Below are positions 49,341 to 59,126 of a stretch of DNA of 64,000 bases, one piece after another. The stretch comes from Thermoflexales bacterium (GTDB taxonomy: Bacteria > Chloroflexota > Anaerolineae > Fen-1058), in the NCBI GenBank assembly GCA_034434835.1, contig DAOTXX010000129.1:24844-88843 (forward strand), given 5' to 3'. The stretch's first letter is position 1, and every line of letters starts with the position of its first letter. A program made the position numbers and the translations under genes. Under the pieces are notes generated by a model. The model was given only the letters and a program-made list of their open reading frames with translations, did not search any database and had not been told where the DNA came from.

Positions 49341-50451
49341 TCAATCGCCTCAAGGATCATTTGCGGTGTCACCATCTCGCCGTCGGCGCGGTTGACACGC
49401 ACGACCTTGTGCCGCCCGGCCACGCGCTCGACTTCGAGCGCAAGCTGCCCCCGGTTCATCTCCGGCACAACGATGCGCCTGGCCGTGTGCGAGATGCGCT
49501 CGAGCGTATCTTCGGGAAACGGCCAGATCGTCAGCAGCGTGACCAGCCCGACTTTGCTCCGTCTCTGGCGCGCGAGCTTGACGGCGTGTCGCGCGCTGCG
49601 CGCCGACGCGCCATAGGCCACGACGACCGTGCGCGCGGATGAGACGCCATCTTCCTCCACCATCACAATGTCGTGCAGGTGGCGTTCGATCTTGCGATGC
49701 ACTCGCTCGATCCATGGATCAATCTCGTCGAGCCGCTGGGTGGGATAACCGGCAATATCGTGCAGCAGGCCGGTGATGTGGTAACGGTAGCCGTCGCCAA
49801 AGTTGGACATGGGGGGCACATCGTTCGGTGAGTCACCGTAGGGTTTGTACCATTCAGGCGGGACGCTGGTCGTCACACGCTCCACACGCTCGACGGTGTC
49901 GAAATCCGGCAGCTCGGCTTTTTCACGCATGTGGCCGATGACTTCATCGAGCAGCAGGATAACAGGGGTGCGATATTTTTCGGCCAAGTTGAACGCGGCC
50001 ACCGTCAGGTCGAACGACTGGCGCACTGAGGTCGGGCTGAGCGCGATGATGGGGTGATCGCCGTGCGTGCCCCAGCGCGCCTGCATCACATCGCCTTGCG
50101 AGGGGCTGGTCGGCTGGCCGGTGCTGGGGCCGAGCCGCTGCACGTCCACGATGACACACGGCACTTCGGTCATGGCCGCGTAGCCGATGTGTTCTTGCAT
50201 CAGCGAAAAGCCGGGGCCGCTCGTGGCGGTCATGGCTTTCAGCCCGCCCACGGAGGCGCCAATGCACGCGGCCAGGCTGGCGATCTCGTCCTCCATCTGG
50301 ATGAATTTGCCACCGAGCTTGGGTAACTCGCGCGAGAGCATCTCGGCGATCTCGGTGGAAGGCGTGATGGGATAACCCGCGTAGAAACGGCACCCAGCCG
50401 CTAACGCTCCCCAACCGACGGCCTCGTTGCCTTGCATGAGTTTGACAGCCA
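49331..50451 (-). CDS. 2-oxoacid:ferredoxin oxidoreductase, alpha subunit.
   Basis: GTG start after AAGAGG (VAVKLMQGNEAVGWGALAAGCRFYAGYPITPSTEI...), a pyruvate-flavodoxin/ferredoxin oxidoreductase alpha-type N-terminus. Confidence 0.8.
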
Positions 50452-50484
50452 CGTTGGAACCTCTTGAACGAATGACGTGCCGCG

Positions 50485-50763
50485 TTATGGTTCGCGGCCT
50501 GGTTCGATGCGCCGGACGACGATAGCGAGGTCGGGACAGTGGGTATCGCACCAGTGGCAGGCCGTGCATTTCTCAGCCGCGACGACGAACGGACGACCGT
50601 CGTGATCCAGCTCGAGCACGCCGGCCGGGCAGAAGGCAGCGCACAGCCCGCAGCCTTTGCACCAATTTCCAAAGATCACCACTTGCCCGCGCGACCCTTT
50701 GCGGGGGCGCGCCGGTGCCTCTGTGCCTACTGGATTTTCTGTCACCTCTGCTGCTGCCATCAT
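50485..50763 (-). CDS. 2-oxoacid:ferredoxin oxidoreductase, delta subunit (2x[4Fe-4S] ferredoxin).
   Basis: Two Cys clusters (CKGCGLCAAFCP and CTACHWCDTHCP). Confidence 0.8.
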   Translation of the reverse strand: MMAAAEVTENPVGTEAPARPRKGSRGQVVIFGNWCKGCGLCAAFCPAGVLELDHDGRPFVVAAEKCTACHWCDTHCPDLAIVVRRIEPGREP

Positions 50764-50936
50764 ATTTCACCTCGCCATCGTGTTCTTCAAAAGGCTACAC
50801 CACTTGAGCAGGTTTGTGATGTGACATCAAACACGATAATTGTATTACGTTTTTCGCAAATCTCGCTCAAACCATCCAAATTGTGCTATACTGTAATAGG
50901 TGTTTTGGCCCGCGGCCGGGCCAGCGGAGGTAGGCG

Positions 50937-51203
50937 ATGAGACCCAAAGTAACACATTACAAGTTAGACGATCCGGAACTCTTGGAGCTGGTGAGTCCCG
51001 AAATGGATCGTTGGTTAAACTCTTGGTCGGCCAGAAAGCACGCCCGCTACGGCGGTCATTACGTTGCGGTGAGTCGGCGTAAGCGCGTGGTCGCAGCAGA
51101 CAAGTCGGCCTCCAGGCTACAACGGAAACTCGACAAGCTCGGCACCAAGGTTCTGGTGTTCTACCTGGAGCCACCCGATGCCTGCATCATCTACTCACTT
51201 TGA
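50937..51203 (+). CDS. Small DUF5678-like protein.
   Basis: 88 aa. The pattern W..S....HARYGGHYVAVS....VAADKS...L.RKLDKLG..VLVFYLEPPD fits the short DUF5678 family found beside retropepsin-like protease genes. Overlaps the next ORF. Confidence 0.5.
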   Translation: MRPKVTHYKLDDPELLELVSPEMDRWLNSWSARKHARYGGHYVAVSRRKRVVAADKSASRLQRKLDKLGTKVLVFYLEPPDACIIYSL

Positions 51204-51609
51204 GCATCCGTGGCGCGAGTTCATGCGACCAGATGGGAGTGTGGTCTATCGCCCGGTGCTTCCCGTCCTTGTGCGTGGTCCCAAAGGCTGGTTGCCCCGC
51301 TACTTTCTTGTGGACAGTGGCGCGGACTATTCGATGGCTCCGCACGAGCTGTGTCGCCAACTTGGCCTGCGCTGGCGGGACGGCGCGTCCGTCACATTGC
51401 GCGGCATCTCGCAACGCAAGACCTGTGCGGTGCAGGGGCGGATTCATCAGGTAGAGGTTCTGCTACCAAAGGCGGCCCTCTTGCTCCAATTGCCGATGGT
51501 CTTTGCCAAAGGGAACGCACCGTTTGTATTGGGCCAAGAGGGCTTTTTTGAGGCCTTTAACATCACCTTCGAGAGGACCAAACGGAAGACGGTTTTTCAA
51601 CTGATTTGA
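51178..51609 (+). CDS. Retropepsin-like (clan AA) aspartic protease.
   Basis: Catalytic D-S/T-G-A motif (FLVDSGADYS) in a single-lobe, dimeric-type protease of about 130 aa. An alternative start is at 51223 (MRPDGSVVY). Confidence 0.65.
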   Translation: MPASSTHFEHPWREFMRPDGSVVYRPVLPVLVRGPKGWLPRYFLVDSGADYSMAPHELCRQLGLRWRDGASVTLRGISQRKTCAVQGRIHQVEVLLPKAALLLQLPMVFAKGNAPFVLGQEGFFEAFNITFERTKRKTVFQLI

Positions 51610-51616
51610 GATGGCT

Positions 51617-54043
51617 TCATTCCGCGTTCCGCTGTTCGTCCTCCTTGCCAAACTTTTCGATCCCCTCGGCCAGTTCTCTCAATCGAGCTTCGACGCGAGC
51701 GTGGACTGTCCCCAAAGGAAATTGGCCGGACTCGTCGCGTTGACCGGCGGGCACGCCGGCGAGTAATTCGATGCCCTCGTCAATCGTGCGGATCGCCCAG
51801 ACGTGAAACCTGCCCTCGGCGCATGCCTGAACGACGGCGGGCCGCAGCATCAGATTCTTGATGTTCTGATGAGGAATGATCACGCCCTGCTCACCAGTCA
51901 GGCCGCGCGCCTGGCAGACCTGGAAAAAGCCTTCGATCTTGTATTGCGCTCCGCCGATGGGCTGAAGCTCGCCGCGTTGGTTCACCGAGCCGGTCACCGC
52001 AATGCCCTGCTGGATCGGTAGACCCGATAGACTCGAAAGGATCGCGTACAGCTCAGCGGACGAGGCGCTGTCGCCTTCCACCTCGCTGTACACTTGTTCA
52101 AAGCTCAAGCTGGCCGAAAGCGTGAGCGGCTTGTCGAGCGCGTATTGGCCGCCCAGATACCCGGCCAGGATCATGACGCCTTTGTTGTGGATCGGGCCGC
52201 TCATTTCGACTTCGCGCTCGATCGCCACGACGCCCGCGCGGCCCATGAACGTGCGCGCAGTGATGCGCGAAGGGTGCCCGAAGCTGTAATCGCCCAGCGT
52301 CGAAACCGTCAACCCGTTGACCTGGCCGACCATGAGGCCGGTGGTGTCCACCATAATCGTCCCGTCGGCGATCTCTTTTTGCACGCGCTCTTCGACCCGA
52401 TTGGAACGATACGTCCACTCGTCCACGGCCCGGTGCACGTCGTCGGCGCTCACGAGCGCATGACCGGCCTTGCCCGCCCAGTACGAAGCCTCACGAAGGA
52501 TGTCGGTCACGTCGCCAAAGCGGGTCGTCAGCCTGGTCTGATCTTCGGCCAGGCGGCTGCCAAGCTCGACCATTGCGGCCACGCCGGTCGGGTCGAAATC
52601 GCGGAGCTGTTCTTCGCTCACCCGCGCGCGGATAAAGAGCGCGTAGCGGTGTTCGTTCTCTGGTGTGCGATCCATGTCGGACGCAAAGTCGGCTTTGACC
52701 TTGAACAGCTTTTGGAAATCTTCGTCCATCGAGTAAAGTGTGTAGTAGAGGTCAGGTGAGCCAAGCAGGATCACTTTGACATCGAGTGGGATCGGCTCCG
52801 GCTGAAGTGTGACCGTCGTCAACAGGCGCATCTGTGCGCCAGGCTCTTCGATGGTGATCGCGCCGTTGGAGAGCGCGCGCTTGAGCGCCTGGTAAGCGAA
52901 CTCATCGGCCAGCAGGTCTTGGGCGCGCAGGACGAGATAGCCGCCGTTGGCCAGGTGAAGCGCGCCCGCCCGCAGCATCGTAAAGTCGGTCGTCGTCCCG
53001 CCGTACTTGATGTCGTGCTCGATGCGACCCATGAGGTTCATAAACGTCGGATTCGATTCGACGATCACGGGCGCGCCCTTTTGTCGCGAGCTGTCCACAA
53101 GCAGATTGACCTGGTAACGTATCTGCGGCGGCAGCTCGGCGCCTTCGGGTGGAGGCGGTGGGGACGAGGAAGGCGCGGTTTCCTCGACCGGTGTGGTGCT
53201 CTCCTTCCAATCCTGCGCATGCTCGATCATGTCCTGGCGAACCTCTTGCAGGTACGCAATGACCTCATCAACCGCTGCGTATTTTTTCTCCAGGTCGTCC
53301 AGCAGGTGACCTGCGGCAAAGCTCGCCACCTTCCGATCGAGGTCGCGTAACCGGGCCTTGGCCTCTTTGTCTCGCTCGCGGATGGCGCGCACGGCATCAC
53401 CCAACGCATCTTCCAACTCCCGGCGCGCGGCTTCGATCTGTTGCTGCTGCTTGGCAGGCAACCTGGCGATCATCTCTGGTCCGGCCGGCTGGCCGTTGAT
53501 GAGAGGGGCCAGGATCAGCCCCGTGGGCGTTTGCCCCAGCGCAAAGCCTTTGGCTTGGGCCAACTGGTTCAGCCGGGCAAACTCGGCATCGCGCGCTTCT
53601 TCAAAGGCTCGCGCGATCTGATGTCGGGCCTCTTCGTATTCTTCGGTTTCAAAAGCGCGAGGCAGATCGGTTTGAAGCCGGGCGACGAATGCCTGCATAT
53701 CGGCGCGAAACGCGGCCCCCTGGCCGGGCGAAAGCGCGATGGCGCACGGTCTGTACGGATCCGTAAAATGGTTGACGTACACCCAATCGGGTGGCGTTGG
53801 CTCTGCCGCTGCTTTCTGTTCGAGAAAGCGCTGGATGGTCGTCGCCCGGCCCGTGCCGCCGGGGCCAAGGCAAAAGACGTTGAAGCCGGGGCTTTCGATG
53901 TCAATCCCAAACTCGATGGCGCGTGTCGCGCGCGGCTGACCGATGATGTCGGCGGTGAGGGGAAGCTCAGCCGTGGACTGGAACGCAAAGCCGGCTGGAT
54001 CGCACACGCGGCGGAGTTGATGCGGCTCAAGTTCCTGGATCAT
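51617..54043 (-). CDS. Lon-like ATP-dependent serine protease (AAA+ N-terminal region, C-terminal S16 protease domain; LonB/COG1067-like).
   Basis: 808 aa. Walker A GPGGTGRAT and a Lon proteolytic-domain Ser motif VEGDSASSAELYAIL with downstream Lys. It lacks the LonA N-domain. Confidence 0.75.
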   Translation of the reverse strand: MIQELEPHQLRRVCDPAGFAFQSTAELPLTADIIGQPRATRAIEFGIDIESPGFNVFCLGPGGTGRATTIQRFLEQKAAAEPTPPDWVYVNHFTDPYRPCAIALSPGQGAAFRADMQAFVARLQTDLPRAFETEEYEEARHQIARAFEEARDAEFARLNQLAQAKGFALGQTPTGLILAPLINGQPAGPEMIARLPAKQQQQIEAARRELEDALGDAVRAIRERDKEAKARLRDLDRKVASFAAGHLLDDLEKKYAAVDEVIAYLQEVRQDMIEHAQDWKESTTPVEETAPSSSPPPPPEGAELPPQIRYQVNLLVDSSRQKGAPVIVESNPTFMNLMGRIEHDIKYGGTTTDFTMLRAGALHLANGGYLVLRAQDLLADEFAYQALKRALSNGAITIEEPGAQMRLLTTVTLQPEPIPLDVKVILLGSPDLYYTLYSMDEDFQKLFKVKADFASDMDRTPENEHRYALFIRARVSEEQLRDFDPTGVAAMVELGSRLAEDQTRLTTRFGDVTDILREASYWAGKAGHALVSADDVHRAVDEWTYRSNRVEERVQKEIADGTIMVDTTGLMVGQVNGLTVSTLGDYSFGHPSRITARTFMGRAGVVAIEREVEMSGPIHNKGVMILAGYLGGQYALDKPLTLSASLSFEQVYSEVEGDSASSAELYAILSSLSGLPIQQGIAVTGSVNQRGELQPIGGAQYKIEGFFQVCQARGLTGEQGVIIPHQNIKNLMLRPAVVQACAEGRFHVWAIRTIDEGIELLAGVPAGQRDESGQFPLGTVHARVEARLRELAEGIEKFGKEDEQRNAE

Positions 54044-54143
54044 GGCTCACACTCATACAAACTGCAAGAGGCAAGATGCATGATGCAGGTCATCCTGCCT
54101 CGGCATCTTGCCTCCTGTGCAGTGTCCGTCTTACCGGCGCGCG

Positions 54144-55277
54144 TCACCGGCTCAGATGCATGGGCATGATCACGCACAGGAACGAATCATCGCCCACCGG
54201 CGTGAACCTGCCCGGGCTGGATGACGTGGTGGTATCAATCGCGATCTGAGCGGCGTTAGCGACCGTCAAAAAGTCAATCAAGTATTTGACGTTGAACGCG
54301 ATCTGGACAGAGCTGCCTTCGATCGTCGCGTCCATCTCACCGATGTTGTCGCCGGTCTCGGCCGAGGTCGCCTGCACGGTGATATGTCCTGGTGCCAGCT
54401 CGCCACCTGGCTCAACGCTGAGCTTGACGATGTTGGCGCTTTCGCGCGCAAAGACGTTGGCCGCCTTGCAGGCCTTGAGCAATTCCGCCGTGCCGACGAT
54501 GGAGCGTGTGTCCTTCTTCTTGGGGATGATCTGGTTATAGTCGGGAAAGTTGCCGTCAATGAGCTGGCTGACCAGCTCGATGTAATCCAGGTGAAACAAG
54601 ACCTGGCTCTTGGACGGCGTGATGTTGATCGTGATCGGGTTTTCCTGATCGCCGCTGATGCGCCCTAGCTCGCCCAGTGCTCGCGCCGGGATGATGACGC
54701 TGATCGGCTGCGGGACCGGCTCCAGCAGCCCGGCCGTGCGGACGGCCAGGCGGAACCCATCGGACGCGGCAAAGGTCGCTTTGTCGCCCTCGAACCTGGC
54801 GAACACGCCGGTCAAGATGGGGCGGCTTTCGTCCGTCGCCGCCGCAAAGACGACCTGGCTGATCGTCGTCCGCAGCACTTCGGGGTCAATGCGAATTGCC
54901 TTGGAATCATCGGCGGTGGGGATGAGCGGGAACTCGGCCGCGTCAATCCCGCGCACGTTGTTTTCGAACCGTCCGCATTTGACATTCAACGTCTGCGTGC
55001 GGACGTTGAGTTGCATATCCACGCGCTCCGCGGGCAGCGCGCCCACCAAATCCACGAACGTGCGAGCCGGGACGGTCGTCGCGCCGTCCTCTTCCACTTT
55101 GGCGCCGATCCAACAGGTGATGCCGATTTCGAGGTTGGTCGCCGAAAGCCTCAAGCGGCCCTGGTCGGTGGCGAGCAAGATGTTGCTCAGCACAGGCAGG
55201 GTGGAGCGGGTGGCGACGGCGCGCGCGACAATGGACAATCCTTTGGCGAGATTTTCCTGAAGGCAACTCACTCTCAT
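54144..55277 (-). CDS. dnaN: DNA polymerase III beta sliding clamp.
   Basis: 377 aa with the three-domain beta clamp pattern (MRVSCLQENLAKGLSIVARAVATRSTLPVLSNILL...). Confidence 0.9.
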   Translation of the reverse strand: MRVSCLQENLAKGLSIVARAVATRSTLPVLSNILLATDQGRLRLSATNLEIGITCWIGAKVEEDGATTVPARTFVDLVGALPAERVDMQLNVRTQTLNVKCGRFENNVRGIDAAEFPLIPTADDSKAIRIDPEVLRTTISQVVFAAATDESRPILTGVFARFEGDKATFAASDGFRLAVRTAGLLEPVPQPISVIIPARALGELGRISGDQENPITINITPSKSQVLFHLDYIELVSQLIDGNFPDYNQIIPKKKDTRSIVGTAELLKACKAANVFARESANIVKLSVEPGGELAPGHITVQATSAETGDNIGEMDATIEGSSVQIAFNVKYLIDFLTVANAAQIAIDTTTSSSPGRFTPVGDDSFLCVIMPMHLSR

Positions 55278-55441
55278 GGGGCGTCTCCTATGAAAGCGTT
55301 GGGTTAAACGGCGAGCAAAGTATACAACAGGTTACACGAGAGGACAAACAAGACCTGGCAGGTTTGTGAGACCCACCAGGTCTTTTAACGCAGAGTGGCG
55401 CACTGGCATCTATGGCTCATCAGTTGTCCTTGCCTGTCAGG

Positions 55442-55735
55442 TCAAGGCAGCTTTTTGACGCACTCGGCAAACTCTTCCATGGTAAAGGCCTTGAGCGTCG
55501 TCGTCCTGACGTTCCCGGCAGCGCCCAAACCCAGCAGGTAGGTCATGGCGACGGCATCGCTCGGGCCTTCGGCAAGGGCGACATAGTCGTACTCCCCCAT
55601 GGTGGCGTAGATGTTGATCAGCTTGCCTCCCATCGCCTCCAGGCCCTTGATGGCCGCTTCAACCCGCTGAGGCGACTCCTTGACGGCCTTGATTCCCTGG
55701 TCCGTGAATTTCATTAGGACAATGTAAGTCGGCAT
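55442..55735 (-). CDS. GYD-domain protein.
   Basis: MPTYIVLMKFTDQGIKAVKESPQRVEAAIKGLEAMGGKLINIYATMGEYDYVALAEGPSD, the canonical GYD family. The track ORF has an N-terminal over-extension. Confidence 0.7.
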   Translation of the reverse strand: MPTYIVLMKFTDQGIKAVKESPQRVEAAIKGLEAMGGKLINIYATMGEYDYVALAEGPSDAVAMTYLLGLGAAGNVRTTTLKAFTMEEFAECVKKLP

Positions 55736-56106
55736 GGCACTCACCTCCTTTCCAAAGTGAAGATCGTGCCAGTGCGCCGCCTCTGTTTTCGACGCCTGCC
55801 TCAACCAAGCCATGAGCTGGTTGAGCCAGGGACGTTGCTCAGGGAGCACCTGACTTGAAGAACCGAAAACGACTCTAGTGGGCTATGGGTGTGAATCAGG
55901 AAACGCGCGAAGCATGCACTTGAGAAGAGGAAAATGAGTAGGGATTACTGGATCGGGAAAGCGCAAGCCCGCAAATACAGTTTAGCATGATTGCCGTGTG
56001 ATGTAAACAGGCTTTTCGCGCTCAAGCGACCTGCACACGAACCGAGGCTTTTGACACAGACACGTTGGGGTAGAAGCCCGTCAGAAGAATGACCATATCC
56101 CTGTAG

Positions 56107-56784
56107 CTAAGTGGCCCACGCCGGCAGGCGTACACAAAAGCGCGCGCCGGGCGAGGCGTTTTCCGCCGTGACCTGTCCGCCGTGACTTGCGACAATGGCT
56201 TTGACAATCGCCAGTCCCAATCCGCTGCCGGGGTAGGCCGTGACGTTCCGTCCGCGATGAAAGCGGCTGAACAACTGAGGCAGGTCATCGGCAGGGATGC
56301 CGATGCCAGTATCCGCCACACACAGCTCGGCCCACCCCTCTGACTGCCGCACCGTCACGTTGATGGCGCCACCTTCGGGGGTGAATTTGCAGGCGTTGTC
56401 GAGCAAGTTGCCCACTGCCCGGCGCAATTGCGCGCGGATGCGTGACAGCAGCTCGCGCAGGCTGAAGGGCTTGGTCACGTAATCGCCCGCGCCCATCTCC
56501 AGGCCCAGCACCTTGTCGGTCTCTTGGTGCTCGACGGTCAGCATGATGATGGGCTGGCGCAAGCCAGACTCGCGCATCTGGCGGCAAAAGTCAAAGCCGG
56601 AGCCGTCGGGCAAGCGCACGTCGAGGATGATCAGATGCGGGTTGTGGCTGCGCGCGTATTGGACGCCCTGCGCGCCAGAGACTTGCCACGTGACGGTATA
56701 GCCTTCGCGTTCCAGTCCATCCTGTAGGCTGCGAGCTACCGCGGCGTCGTCTTCGATCAACAACAGATGAGTGGATGGATTCAT
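56107..56784 (-). pseudogene. In-frame fusion of an OmpR-type receiver domain to a C-terminal histidine-kinase HATPase_c fragment. It is the likely remnant of a deleted response-regulator/histidine-kinase (RR-HK) operon.
   Basis: REC (LLIEDDAAVARSL...IILDVRLPDGSGFDF...TKPFSLRELLSRIRAQLRR) runs directly into the HATPase N-box (AVGNLLDNACKFTPEGGAINV) and G-boxes (DTGIGIP; GSGLGLAIVKAIVASHGG). There is no wHTH, HisKA or sensor domain. Confidence 0.55.
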
Positions 56785-56798
56785 CGCCGAGTGGAAAT

Positions 56799-58586
56799 CT
56801 ATCCCAAGCGCCGCTTGAGTTCGTCGAGCTGGTTTCTCAAGCGGGCTGGCAGGCGAGTGCCGAATTGCGCGAAATGTTTTTCAATGTCTGCCACTTCCAG
56901 CCGCCAGACGTCCGGGTCCACACGCAGCAGTTCCTGGATGTTTTCGCCAGGAAGATTGAGGCCAGTCAGATCGAGGTTGCTTTCGTCCGGCAAGAGGCCG
57001 ATCGGCGTCTGCCGGGCAGTCGCTTTGCCATCCACGCGCTCGCACATCCACTTGAGCACGCGGCTGTTTTCGCCATAGCCGGGCCAGAGCCACTTGCCCT
57101 CGGCGGTCTTGCGGAACCAGTTGACGTAGAAGATGCGCGGCGCGTGATTGCCTAACCGGTCGCCCATGTCCAGCCAGTGCTGAAAATAATCGGCCATGTT
57201 GTAGCCACAAAATGGTTGCATGGCGAACGGGTCACGCCGCACGACGCCCACCGCGCCGATGTTGGCTGCTGTCGTTTCGGACGAGGCTGTCGCGCCCAGA
57301 AACACGCCGTGATCCCAATTGAACGCCTCGGTCACAAGCGGCACGACACTCGCACGGCGACCGCCAAACACGAAAATGTCAATCGGCACACCCTCCGATT
57401 TTTCCCAGTCGGGCGAGATCACCGGGCAATTTTCGGCCGGGGCGGTGAAGCGAGCGTTCGGGTGAGCCGCGGGATCGGAGCTGGCGGGCGTCCAATCGCG
57501 GCCCTTCCAGTCCATCGCGTGCGCGGGCGGGTCGCCGTCCATGCCTTCCCACCAGATGTCGCCATCGTCGGTCAGCGCGCAGTTGGTAAAGATGATATTT
57601 TCTTTCAGCGAATCCATCGCGGCCGGATTCGACTTGTACGAGGTGCCCGGCGCGACGCCAAAGAAACCGCACTCGGGGTTGATCGCATACAACCGTCCAT
57701 CGGGGCCGATCTTCATCCAGGCGATGTCATCGCCGATGGTTTCGGCTTTCCAACCTGGAATCGTCGGCTGGATCATGGCCAGGTTCGTTTTGCCGCACGC
57801 CGAGGGGAACGCCGCGGCGATGTGATAACGTTTGCCCTCCGGGCTGGTCAGCCGCAAGATGAGCATGTGCTCGGCCATCCAGCCTTCGCGTTTGGCCATC
57901 ACGGAGGCGATGCGAAGCGCAAAGCATTTTTTGCCCAGCAGCGCATTGCCGCCGTAACCGGAGCCATACGACCAGATCAGATTCTCGCGGGGAAAATGGC
58001 AGATGTATTTTTGCTCAATAGGCGCGCAGGGCCAGGGGACGTCCTTTTGCCCCGGCCCCAGCGGTGCACCGACCGAGTGCAGGCAGGGAACGAAATCGCC
58101 CTCTGTCCCGAGCGCCTCGATCACGGGGGTCCCGACGCGCGTCATGATGTGCATGTTGCAAACCACATAAGGGCTGTCGGTGATCTCGATCCCGATTTTC
58201 GCCATCGGCGAGTCCAGCGGCCCCATGGAAAAGGGGATGACGTACATCGTGCGGCCCTTCATGCAGCCTGTGAACAATCCAGTCATGGTCTGCTTGAGTT
58301 CGGCGTCGTTGATCCAGTTGTTGGTGGGGCCGGCTTCGTCTGGGGTGGGCGTGCTGATGTACGTGCGCGCCTCGACGCGGGCCACGTCGCTTGGATCGGA
58401 GCGAAACAAAAAGCTCTTGGGCCGCCGCTTGAGCGGGATCGCTGCGCCGCTTTGGATCATCTGGGCCATCAGGCGGTCGTATTCTTCGATGCTTCCATCG
58501 CACCAGTAGATCGAGTCGGGCTGGCACAGCTGCGCCGACTCGCGCACCCAATATTCCAATTTTTTATTCCTGACCGTGTACGTCAT
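56799..58586 (-). CDS. pckG: Phosphoenolpyruvate carboxykinase (GTP).
   Basis: 595 aa; the GTP-PEPCK family pattern includes the kinase-1a P-loop GKTNLAM. Confidence 0.9.
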   Translation of the reverse strand: MTYTVRNKKLEYWVRESAQLCQPDSIYWCDGSIEEYDRLMAQMIQSGAAIPLKRRPKSFLFRSDPSDVARVEARTYISTPTPDEAGPTNNWINDAELKQTMTGLFTGCMKGRTMYVIPFSMGPLDSPMAKIGIEITDSPYVVCNMHIMTRVGTPVIEALGTEGDFVPCLHSVGAPLGPGQKDVPWPCAPIEQKYICHFPRENLIWSYGSGYGGNALLGKKCFALRIASVMAKREGWMAEHMLILRLTSPEGKRYHIAAAFPSACGKTNLAMIQPTIPGWKAETIGDDIAWMKIGPDGRLYAINPECGFFGVAPGTSYKSNPAAMDSLKENIIFTNCALTDDGDIWWEGMDGDPPAHAMDWKGRDWTPASSDPAAHPNARFTAPAENCPVISPDWEKSEGVPIDIFVFGGRRASVVPLVTEAFNWDHGVFLGATASSETTAANIGAVGVVRRDPFAMQPFCGYNMADYFQHWLDMGDRLGNHAPRIFYVNWFRKTAEGKWLWPGYGENSRVLKWMCERVDGKATARQTPIGLLPDESNLDLTGLNLPGENIQELLRVDPDVWRLEVADIEKHFAQFGTRLPARLRNQLDELKRRLG

Positions 58587-58975
58587 GGGCTTGTCTCTCC
58601 ACGTTAAATGTGGGGCGGATTATACCTGGTCAGGGAAAATTGTCCAACGAGAGAAAGCCGGGCGATGTTGCAACTGGATGGGACAGCGTGCATCTAAACG
58701 AGGACAGAGACCTGTTCGCCAGCATGGTGGGGCGCGTCAGATTTTGCGTGCCGTTGGACCGCGCGGACATGAATGTCCGCGCTACAATACTGCGCTGGCT
58801 AAAGCCAGCTAGCAGTTTGTCGGAGAGCAGGCTGGCATCCCTATGCCAGCCCCTTGAAAACGCAGCTTGGTAGACCGGCGATTGATCGCCGGTCGAGCCA
58901 GCATGGCAGGGTGCGCCATCGTGCACAAAGCCAACTCTGCAAAACTTGGACGCACACCCCAGCATGGTCAACTCA

Positions 58976-59004
58976 TTGACACTGGCTGGCAAGGGTGTTA
59001 TACT
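58976..59004 (+). promoter_or_regulatory. Sigma-70-type promoter TTGACA-N17-TATACT.
   Basis: The -35 TTGACA (58976-58981), a 17-nt spacer and the -10 TATACT (58999-59004) place the transcription start at about 59011, at the uORF ATG. Confidence 0.55.
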
Positions 59005-59010
59005 CCACGC

Positions 59011-59121
59011 ATGACGCAGAGAGATTTGACCGCACTGGTGTTGTCACTCTCGTTGCGCCCTTATTTGCACCAGAGTTACGCCAACCGGGCGCATCCGGTT
59101 GGTTTTTTTATGCCAAGATAA
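59011..59121 (+). CDS. Leaderless 36-codon upstream ORF (MTQRDLTALVLSLSLRPYLHQSYANRAHPVGFFMPR) overlapping the terminator; candidate attenuator leader peptide for gltA.
   Basis: The ATG lies about 7 nt after the -10 element. The ORF reads through the terminator hairpin, and its TAA stop overlaps the gltA RBS AAGGAGA. Confidence 0.35.
   Translation: MTQRDLTALVLSLSLRPYLHQSYANRAHPVGFFMPR
59081..59109 (+). terminator. Intrinsic terminator/attenuator hairpin CCAACCGG-gcgcat-CCGGTTGG followed by TTTTTTT.
   Basis: A perfect 8-bp GC-rich stem plus a 7-T run lies 18 nt upstream of the gltA ATG and downstream of the promoter above. Confidence 0.6.
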
Positions 59122-59126
59122 GGAGA

